Part shown: positions 26,101 through 37,100 of the stretch, piece after piece
Position numbering within the stretch: position 1 is the first letter of the stretch
Layout: every line of letters starts with the position of its first letter
Assembly: GCA_050273025.1 (NCBI GenBank)
Contig: CP158636.1
Location: forward strand, 434,001-498,000
DNA from: Cenococcum geophilum
Taxonomy: Eukaryota
DNA length: 64,000 nt
Reading direction: 5' to 3'
Translations under genes and position numbers: made by a program
The notes under the pieces: generated by a model
Told to the model about the DNA's origin: nothing
The model's input: the letters and a program-made list of their open reading frames with translations, nothing else
Databases searched by the model: none

Positions 26101-29100
26101 AAAAAGTTATCTAAGACTACCTAATTACGGAAAAAGCAATAAATTATATTAAGGGAGCCTTAATTATAATATTAAAGGATCTAAAGGAATAGTTAGAGGA
26201 CTAGAGAAGTAAGAAGCGCGTTTTAGTACCTGCAAATAAAGTTATAACGTTTAGATTAGTGTAATAAAGGTTTAAACTTAAAGATAAAGATAAGTTAAGA
26301 GTTAACCTAAAGCACCTAGCATACTATACGCTATTATGGATTATATATATAGACGATATATATAAAATATATAAAAATTTAAAGGAAAAGAATTGGAAAT
26401 ACCCTATAAGGATATACTAGATAATAGATAAATAATAGTATAGGAATGCTAAGTATATATATAGCTGGCATCTAACAGAAGTCTAAAAGGAAGAAAGTTT
26501 AATACTTTAACTAGGAAGGTTTCTTATAAAAGAATACTTAGATAGATAATAATAGTGGGAATGTCTAAAGAATATCTATCTATAGTATATTAAAGATAAA
26601 AAGCGAACTAAGCATTAGCTAAAGAATAAGCCAAGTATAATAGGATTAAGTAGCTAATAGTTAGGAAAAGTAAAGGCCTATAGGACTAGAGGGAGCTAGT
26701 AGTAGAGCCTTAGACCCTTAAAGGAATTTAAGGATAATACCTAAATCTAAAAGTTAAATAGCAAGATTAATAATTTAAAGCGTTATTAGATAGTAGAGCA
26801 ACACAGAACTATATCTTATTAATAGTAGTTAAAAGAATAGGGTTACTATATAGGCAAAAAGAGCACCCTTACCTATTAGTAATAATTTTAGGAGATCTAA
26901 TAGCCTATAGAGGAGGCATTATTAATCTTAAAATAGAACCAGTTTAGATAACAATTAAAGGGAAATAAATTAAGATGTCTTTTAATATATTACTATTAGG
27001 AAATAATAAGGCAGTATTAAGAATGCCTTAATTACAGGAATATAATCTAAAGATTAATTAGGTTATAGGTTAGGTTAATATTAGAGATATATAATAATAT
27101 AAAATGCGATAACAAACTAAGTTAGTATAGTACTAAGTTAGAGCGATATATAAGGAGACTAATTAAGGATTAAGCTATATACTAAAGAGATACTATAAGT
27201 ATAGTAAGAAGCTATAGTTACTAAAAAGTAAAAAGCTGTTAAAGTATATAGTATAGAACTATAAGATAGAGCTAGAACTAGGAATAAGTCTAAGGTTCTA
27301 CCTAACCTATAAGTTAATAAAAAAAGAGTTATAGGCACTTAAGGAGTTTGTCTAGGAAAATCTTTAAAAAGGATATATTAGACTATCGCAGTTATTAGCG
27401 GGATATCTAGTACTATTTATACTAAAAAAGAATAGAAAACTTAGGCTATATATTAACTATAGACAGTTAAATAGCATTACTAAGAAGGATAGGTATCTTT
27501 TACCCTTAATTAGCGAAATCTAAGATAGGATTGGTAATGCGTAAATCTTTATAAAGATAGATCTACGATAGGCGTACTATTAGATTAGAATTAAGGAAGG
27601 TAACAAATAGAAGGCAGCCTTTAGGTTAAAGAAAGGACTATATAAACTACTAGTTATATAATTCGGGCTTATAAACGCACTAGTAATATTTTAGAAGCGT
27701 ATTAATAATATATTAAAAGAGTACTTAGATAAATTTGTTATGGTATATCTTAATATTATTATTATCTACTTAATAAGTAAGGAAGAATATGGAGAATACG
27801 TTAAATAGGTTTTAAGGAGACTATAGGAAGAATAGATACTAGTAGCAATTAAAAAATGCGAGTTCTTTACTAGGAAGACCGATTTCGTTAGATTTATTAT
27901 TAAACTAGGCTAACTTAGTATAGATCTAAAGAAGATCGAGGCTATAGTAAATTGGTAAGAACTAGAAAATGTAATATAGTTAAGGTTATTTCTAGGGTTC
28001 TGCAATTACTATAAAAGGTTTATAGCTTAATAGTTAAAGGATATTAAGCCACTTACGAGATTAATAAAGAAAGAAGAACTATAGGTATAGGGAGAGAAAT
28101 AAAAGGAACTGTTTAAGAAAATTAAGTAGTTGTTTACCTAGGAGCTAGTTCTTAAAATCTATTAACTATAGTTAGAGATAGTAGTTAAAATAGATATATT
28201 AGACTATATACTAAAAGCGTGCTTTCTATAGAAATATAAAGATAGATAGCACCTAGTGGCATACTATAGTTAAAAGATAACACCACTAGAACTAAACTAT
28301 AACATCTATAATAAGGAGTTATTAGGTATAGTTATAGCACTAAAGAAATAGAGATTATTTTTATAAGGCATAGAAAAACTATTTATAGTTAAGATAGATT
28401 ATAAGAACTTAACGGGGTTTCTAATAATAAAAGAACTTAATTATAGACAGGTTAGATGGGCGGAGATGCTTATAGAATACTATTTTAAGATTTAGCATAC
28501 TAAGGGTATAGAAAATGCACAAGCAGACGCTCTAAGTAGAAAGGCTAAACTGCAAAATAATAAAAAGCCATTAGGGGCTTTATTGTGAAAAGACATAGAC
28601 GGATTAATTAGATATAATTATCCGAAAATTATAGCAATACAAGAAGAATAGATCTATAATTTATTAAAGAGTAATTAGATATAAAAGATCTAAGATATAT
28701 AGGCAGAGGATTTAGACTTAAAGTAGTATAAAAATCAAGAAGTAATATATATACTAAGATCTATTGCAAAGGAGTTTATTAAGTTATTTTATAAAGGACC
28801 AACTTAAGGACATAATAGAGCTACAGGTTTAGTGTTAAGACTTTAAAAGAAGTACATTATTAATAAAATTTGGGGACTAGCTAGGTAAGTTATAAAAGAA
28901 TATCTAGATTGCTAAAGAAATAAATTAATAAGGTATAAGCTATATAGAGGACTATAACTAGTTAAAATACTAGAGAGACTATAAGAGGTTATATTATAAG
29001 ACTTTATTATTAAGTTACTAAAGTTAAGAGATCCTATTACCGGACAAGATTATAACATAATCTTAGTAATAGTAGACAAGCTTATAAAGTAGGGATACTT

Positions 29101-31180
29101 TATAGTATATTTAGAAGAAATATTAGGAGAAGATATTACTAGAATCTATATTAAAGAAGTATTTATAAGATATAGAGCACTAAGTAAGATTATATTAGAT
29201 AGAGATCTAAGATTTATAGTAATATTTTAGGAAGTGTTCTTAGCAGAGTAAGGAGTTTAAGCAGTAACTTTTACCGTATATTATCTACAGACAGACGGTT
29301 AAACGGAAAGATTAAATTAGACACTAGAACAGTATCTAAGGTATTATATTAATTACGTACAGAATAATTAGGTATTACTATTACTAGTTATATAGTTTAT
29401 ATATAATATAATACCACAAGAAGGAATAAGCACGTTACTATTTAAGGCGAATTATAAATATAAGCTAAGAACCTTATTATCGCCACATTAAGTAAAGAAG
29501 ATAAGTAGTATAGCTAAGTAAAGAATAAAGAGTTTAATAAATCTTTATATAGACCTTACGGAAATAGCTAAGGTAGTATAATAAAAGATAAAAAAGTACT
29601 ATAATGCTAAGAGATCTAAGGGACCAGATTTTAAGGAGGGAGATAAAGTGTGGCTACTATACAAAAATTTTAAGCGTTAACGACTAAGTAAGAAGTTGGA
29701 TTATGTCAGACTAAGACCTTTTAAAATTGTGTGGAAAATTTTATTAGTTATATTTAAGTTAAACCTACCAGCTAGGATAAAGATCTACCCTATATAGTAT
29801 ATTGTAATACTAGAGCTAGTATATAGAAATATTAAGCCACCGGTTTATAAAGCAGATATATATAGAGGATAAGAAGAAGACAAATGGTAAGTTTTAAAGA
29901 TTATTAGTTATAAGGATATAGATAATAAAACATAGTATAAAGTAAAGTGGATAGGCTATAATAAGATTACCTAGGAGCTACTAAAGAACCTAAAGAACGC
30001 TATAGGAAAGGTATAGAAGTATTAAAAGAGAAAAGGTCAGGTAATATTAATAAAGAAGAATTACTAAAGAATGAGTTACCTAAGGGGGACCTAGGAAGAG
30101 CGACTGCTGAACTACTTAGAGTTATTTCCTTCTCTATTAAAAGAGAATCCGTTCTTTTATTACCAAGTTCCTATAGACCTTATTTTATAAGTTTCCACTC
30201 CTTAAAACAAACCTTTTCGCGAACTTTCTTAAGATAAAGTAGATAAGTAGACGCCGTAATGCGGGCGTTTAGGGCCTTTTATTCTGTATCCTAAGAACGC
30301 TTAAGCTTTATAAGGGCCTATACTAGGTTACCATTAAGCTTTATAGCAGTAGATTAAATACGAGACCCTATAATAAATTACTTAGGAAACTTAGAGACTA
30401 TTAAGAGTTATAGGACGCGTATATTTAGCGTTAGAGGTAGAATAAACATTACAAGACAATTAAATATTTACTTTAGTGCACTCTAAACAAGAAGAGGGTT
30501 ATTAAGATAAAGGATTCGCTAACGTAATATATACTAATCTCTCTTTTAAATAACGAGAATATGGAGATAGTATTATTTTACTAAGTAATAATATTACAGT
30601 AATAGTACGGGCACAACATTGCGCGTGTAAAGAAGAAGGTGCTTTAGGTATTATAAGTAATAATATTAACTAAATTAATTAGACGGATATTATACCTCTA
30701 ATAAATAACTTAGAGATACTAGGTATCTTTAAGAATAAAGATAAAGAGGAGGGAGATAGTGTTACGGATGCCTTAAGTACAATATTATAACTACTTAGAG
30801 AAGAGTTAGAAGAGGCTAGTTAGTTAATATAAGTACGGTTTAGGATGGAACCTATAGAACTATATAACGAGGAATAGTAACTAAGGTTATATAATATGCT
30901 ATATATTAAACGCAAGGAATTAGAGGAACTTACGTACCTTATATATAACACGTATATTATATATAAGAAGGATTTTATAGAAGTATAGTTATGTATTTAA
31001 GGACCCTTAGTCCCTACCTAGATAGTTCCTTCCTTATAGTAATTTTTAGAATACAATTAGAGTTAATCTATTAGGCAACCACTCTACCAGTTATTATTAC
31101 GTTGTTAACTTACTTGCAATACCTATATACCTAGCCTATTAACGAGTCTACCGTAGTTCCTATTATAAGGCTTTGTTATA
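23176..31180 (+). mobile_element. G2: full-length chromovirus copy (8005 bp)
   Basis: LTRs 23176-23596 and 30760-31180, TSD tagag, colinear with G1. Confidence 0.97.
30000..30651 (-). pseudogene. G2 antisense ORF3
   Basis: Homologous to G5 ORF3; retains Cys codons at positions 4, 5 and 6. Confidence 0.65.
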
Positions 31181-31471
31181 TAGAGCACCGTTTAGAAGGT
31201 AACCTAAAAGGTACCTTAGGAAGGAATTTTCTACGTATTTCTTTTGCATTTTATAGTTTTATTAAAGCAAATTATGGAGGCTATATATAAGCGGTTCTAT
31301 TTTTAAGTACCGCTAGTATATAATTATAGCACCCACTATACAAAGGAATCTCCTATATATTTCTTATGTTTTATAGTTTTATTTCTTACATATTTCTTTT
31401 ATATTTTATAGTTTTATTAAGGTAATTATAGAGGCTATATATAGGTGGTTCTATTTTTTAAGTACCGCTAG

Positions 31472-31742
31472 TATATAATTACAGCACCTATTATACTAAC
31501 CGCGTACTTACGCGTTCGGTACACTAACTACGCGTTTACGCGTTTAGTGGACTAACCACCCGCTTACGCGTTTAGTACACTCCTAAAGTACTAACTAATT
31601 AGGGGGAGGCGCGTTAGTATATAAACTACGTAGTCTACGTTAATAGAATTAACAGTTACTACTATCTAAAAGAGTATACAATACTATACGTATTTCGTGC
31701 CCCTAGATATAACTTACTTATATTATTAAGTTAATACAAACA
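31472..31742 (+). repeat. 3' LTR of element E
   Basis: Direct repeat of 12248-12518, ends CA followed by TSD ctact. Confidence 0.92.
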
Positions 31743-32540
31743 CTACTATTTAATTTTAAATATATTTTCTACTAGCCTACTACCTAGTAACCCTACCAAT
31801 AGTATTATTAAATAATTAAATAGTAAGCTTAGCGTCTCTATTATCTAGCTTTTACCTATATCTCTATTAAAGTAGGATTAATTTTAGTGAATAAGTATTA
31901 TACCTTTAAGATATTTAAGTATATATTGGCCTATTAATTATATAGTAGATAACTTAAAGGACTTTAGAACAAATTAATAACGTTATAGTACTATAGTAAA
32001 GACCTTATTTAATATATTAATTAATAGGCACTTTATATAATCTTATTCTTCCCTTTATCCAAATATATTATATATACTACTACTTAATTCCTACTTATAA
32101 GAAATACTATTTTTACCACTTTATTAAATCTTTGGACTTCTTAGGTTTAAGTAAGTAGTATTATTAGTACGTCTATCCTTTAATATATACCTTATTATAA
32201 TAGATTAATAGATTATCTATTACTAAAACTAAATAAGGCTATATAGAAGTAAAAACCTTATTATTTATCTATTAATAGCGCCCTAGTATATTAACTAACT
32301 AAATATATTACCTTATTAGGTATATATTAGTAATAAGCTCTATTTTTTAAACCCTTTTAATTTTAATATTTCTTTAATAGGCTTCTTAATAGGTACCTAC
32401 CTATACTTCCCACCTATTATCTTTTTATTATAAGCTAATTTATTAATAAAAATAAACTAATTATACCTATAGCTATAGATTTAAATATTTTAGTTATCTC
32501 TTAGGCCTAGGCTATATTATTATATTATTATCCCTATAAC
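31743..32540. other. Unidentified AT-rich background (right part)
   Basis: Lies between element E and the C1 LTR; no recognisable motif. Confidence 0.5.
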
Positions 32541-34141
32541 TATTAGGAATAAAGGCAAGTAGTCACCATATAAGGTATATTGCCGTTATGTATAGCAAGT
32601 TGCCGTTACGTGCGGCAAGTTGCCGTTACGTGTCGCCGCGGCACTAGCGTAGCGAGGAGCCTTAAGCTTCTTACCCTCCCTTATAAAGATATATAGAATA
32701 ACAATTATTATACTATCTACGAACCGTAGCTACGTGATATTACCTTATATAACTAACACTAATTAGTAGTTAACTTTACTATTATACTATAGAGCAGCTA
32801 GGTATTCCACTAAGAAGAGATAAGCTATTATACTAGTACTACTCGTGCTAAAGGGAGCTATCTTTTAAGGTTAGAACTGGTTCTAAACCTTAAATAAAAC
32901 TCTTTTACAAATCTAAGGATTTAAAGGCTAGAACTAGCCCTAAGCCCTATAATTATAAATATACGTTATAAACGGGTACTAAATAACGAACGCGTACTAA
33001 ATAATAAGTATATATTATAAACGCGTACTAAACAATAATCCCTATACTAATAATACTTCCCTCCCTCTAAAAATATAGCTACGCCTACTTTAAACGACTG
33101 GGAAGACTCCTTACTATTAGGGGTAGCTTTGTACGCGAAACTTATTAATAAAAATTGGAATAAATTTACCTTTAATATAACAACTTATACCGTAAAATAA
33201 GTTAATAGCTTTTTTCTATACTATATTATATTCTACTAAAGTAAACACTATACCAATTTACAGCTATAGGAATATTTTAGGGAGGATTTTATAGGATAGA
33301 CCGCTAACACCTAATCACTTAGCAATATTAATATTGTTTAAGATTTTTAAGACTTCCTCCGTAGGAATAGGGTATATATTACTAAGAATGGTAACCTAAT
33401 TACTAGCAATATTTAGGCCGTTATTATTAGTATAGAAGAACTAGTATAGACAGAAGCTAAAATTATATATTAACTATAGAAACCCAAAACTAACCTATAT
33501 TCTTTAAAAGGCAACTTTAATTTAGAACGAAACCCCTAAAACGCTACCCCCCTACCTAAAGGTACTCTCCTACCTAGAGGTGCTCTCCTACCTAGAGGTA
33601 CTCTTTCTCTACCTTTACCGCCTCTAGCTTCTTTACTCTAGCTAACCGGTAAGCCTCTATTATAAGAAGTTACAAATCTAATAAAGGTATATTTAGACGA
33701 AGAGAAGAAGTTTAGAGAAGAACTGTACGATATACTTGGAGTAAAACTATAGGTCTTCTATAACTATTGTAATAAAGTTAAAATTTAATGCTACTAGTAC
33801 CACTACGCTTTCTCTATTATATTAAAGGAACGGGTAGCATTATTTTATTATAACTATATTATAGGTAAAAACTATAGCTTTAATATAATGCTTTAGCTTA
33901 CTAGAGCCCACTTTAAGATTAATAAAAATTACTAACTTTATATATCTAAATGGCGGGAGACTATATTCTAAAGAGTTATTACTTTTAACCCAATAAAGAC
34001 TCGTTTAGAGTGCCTTTAACTACTCTTTAATAAACTTTAGAAAATCTAATATAACCTTACTAAAACTTACTAAAATAAAAATAGCCTAAGGGGCTAGGTT
34101 ATCTTAGCATGCTATAGCGTTCTTAAGTATAACTTAGCGCT
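32541..34141 (+). mobile_element. C1: 5' fragment of a GalEa-type Copia (LTR 32541-32758, leader, partial gag)
   Basis: Colinear with C2 (35949-36205 + 50338-51763); fused to G4 at gcgct. Confidence 0.9.
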
Positions 34142-37100
34142 TATAGCATAGTATAAATAAGGACTTAAGGCTAAAGTCTAGGATATAATTATCCTAATAG
34201 AAGATGCGGACACCCTATAGGAGTTAATAAATTAGGCAATTAAGATTAATAATTGAATCTACTAAAGAGAACAGACTAAAAGAGGTTAGGATAGAGTTTT
34301 ATAGTTATATAAGGCATAAAGTACGCAATAACTAAAGCTAAGTTAGAAATTATAGTATAGTGTAAAGCTAATAGACCTAAGCGGTATTAAAGAAACCTAT
34401 AAGAGATGGAGTAAGAAACTATAAAAACCTAGAGGTTAAGGATCTAGTAATTATAGGACTAAGGAGCAGAGGCTAAACTAGGGATCTTAGTAGTAGAAGA
34501 CGTTTAGGCGGACTTTATAGTAAAGTTAATAGTTTAAAGATGGAGCTTGTATAAATTATAAAAAATAAGGTTACTTTGCAAGGGATTATAAAGATAGTTA
34601 GAGTTACTATATAATAAAGGGAACTAGACTAATGGTAGAAAACGTATATATATAAAGGGATAATAGTATACTATAAGGAACAAAAGAATATTTAATTAGA
34701 AGTTTTGCGTTCTATTATAATAACGCATACTAAATTTATAAAGACGCTAAGTATAGCGTAAGCTATTGGCCGTAGAAACTAAAACCCTTAGAATATAGGG
34801 GAACTAATAAACCGGTTTATAGATTGGGTATTAAGGACGATAAATTTAATAAAGGCGAAATATTTCGTAATAATAAGGTAATAAAAGCGGTTTACTAAGA
34901 ATATGTAGCTATTAAAGATGTTATACTAGAGGTAAAAGATAATTCCACTATAGAATAGGGAATATTAGTAGGGATTAAGACCCCACTAAATATAATATCT
35001 ATCGCTTTATAAGATATAAGAGAAGTAGAATAGTAAACCACTTTAGTACTTAATAAAGGTAAAAGGCTAAAGGCTTAAGATTCTTAAGATAAGATAAGAG
35101 ATAACTAAGATTCTTAAAATAAGATAAGGTAAGCTTAAGGACCTACAATAGATAATAACCGATAGAGTAGAGTAGTAGCTTAGTTTAAAGATATATAAAT
35201 AAGCTTAGGATAAAGTTTCCTATAGGTATAAGACTCTTAAGATAAGATAAGAATACCTAAGCCTAGTTAGACTAAGGTAGGAGCTAAGCTTAAGTTAGAA
35301 GCAAGCTTAGGATTAAAAATTTTAAGGGACTAAGAATTTAGAGTACGAATAAAAACACCTATAAGTAAAAGGTAAGGAGCTTCTTTATAGATTAGAGAAT
35401 CTATAATATAAATAGCAGTTAAATTAGGAGATAGATATATAGACCTAGAAGACTTACTAGGAAAATATAGTATTTAGCCTAAAGATTAAAAAGTTAATAC
35501 TAAGATTAAGAAGCAAGATAACTTTAAGGATTTACTTATAAGACGCGAAAGGAAAGAAACTATAGAGGAATTTAAAGTAAGAATCGCCTTATAGCAGGAT
35601 TAGAAACTAAATAAGAGATTTAGTATACTAGGTTATATAAGGGACAGAGCACCTATATAAAGGATTACTAATAAACTTAGAATAGGCACACTAAGAGCTA
35701 AGTAGCTTATTAAACTGGAATAAGAAGAGGATTTAGGGATTTTAACTAGGTTTAAAGAACGATATATAAAGGGCTATTACAACGTAGTAATAAAAAGATA
35801 CTTTCTTACGGACAAGCTATATATACTCTAATAGCTATACTAAAAGTGGTATAGATAAAGGCACAATAATAAGTAGAAAGATTTCTATATATAGTTAGAC
35901 AAAAAAGTTATCTAAGACCACCTAATTATAGAAAAGGCTATAAGTTATTGTTGGGAATAAAGGTAAGTAGTTACTATATAAGGTATATTGCTATCACGTA
36001 TAGTAAGTTGCCGTTACGTGCGGCAAGTTACCGTTACGTGCCGCCGCGGCACTAGCGTGGTGAGGAACCTTAAGTTTCTTACTCCTTTCTTTAAATAGCA
36101 ATGAATAGAATAATAATTATCATACTATCTACGAACCGTAGCTACGTGATATTACCTTGTGTAACCAATACTAATTAGTAGTTAACTTTATAGTTATACT
36201 ATAGATGTTACAAACGCTTTAAGTACGATAATACGACTACTTGGAGAAGAGTTAAAAGAAGCTAGTTGGTTAATATAGGCACGGACCAGGATGGAACCCG
36301 TGGAACTATATAACGAAGAATAGTAAGCGAGTTACATAATGGTTGGACGTGTTATCTGCATTAAATGTAAGGAACGTCACGTTTAATATAGATAAGACGT
36401 ATATTACGTATAAGAAGGATTTTATAGGAGTACAGTTATGTATTTAAGGACTCTTAGTCCCTACTTAGATAGTTCCTTCCTTATAGTAATTCTTAGAATA
36501 TAATTAGAGTTAATCTATTAGGCAACTACTCCACCAGTTATTATTACGTTGTTAACTACTGTCTTTGCATTTCCTATATGCCTAGCCCATTAATAGAACC
36601 TATTGTAGTTTCTACTATAAGGTTCCGTTATATAATTACTACCCGGTTACGGTATTAAATATAGAAAGTTAAATAATATGCCACTAAAAGCAGCTACTAT
36701 AACGCTATTAACGGCGGCAACTACTTTAAGGTTAGGGGGTGATACTAGTATAGCGGATACTAACTCGCAATAACCTAAAACGGTAGGATAATTATAAGAA
36801 ATAGTGGATTAATTAATAGAAAATAATACGGTACTTAAGAATAGACTTAATAGAATTAGAGCAGTAAAGGTTAAGTTACTATTAATTAAACGATTCTTAG
36901 GGGAGAGATTAAAGCTTAAAGGATTTCTAATGTAAATGCATTTTAAAGTTATGCAAGAAGGGGCTAAGTTAGCCATAATAATGGACTAGATAGCCTACGC
37001 AGGACTATTCCTAATAGGTTAGGCACTTAAATGGTTTAAACCCTATTTAATAAAAATACAGACTAACGGAATAACTACTACTAATTAAGAAGTATAATTT

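Larger units (their letters stand above)
12248..31742 (+). mobile_element. Element E: ~3.5-kb gag-only GalEa-related LTR element, split by G1 and G2
   Basis: 271-bp LTRs (12248-12518, 31472-31742), TSD ctact (12243-12247 / 31743-31747), ctaattag immediately after the 5' LTR and gctag immediately before the 3' LTR, as in C and D. Confidence 0.88.

Noticed and set aside
11607..32540. One giant element bounded by inverted C-family LTRs (flanks gtaac / ataac)
   Set aside because: Both are 5' LTRs of separate, divergently oriented copies, each followed by its own leader and gag; the flanks do not form a TSD.
32500..32540. Degenerate LSU rDNA (ttatccct motif)
   Set aside because: Only ~8 bp resemble the rRNA motif and the flanks do not extend the match.
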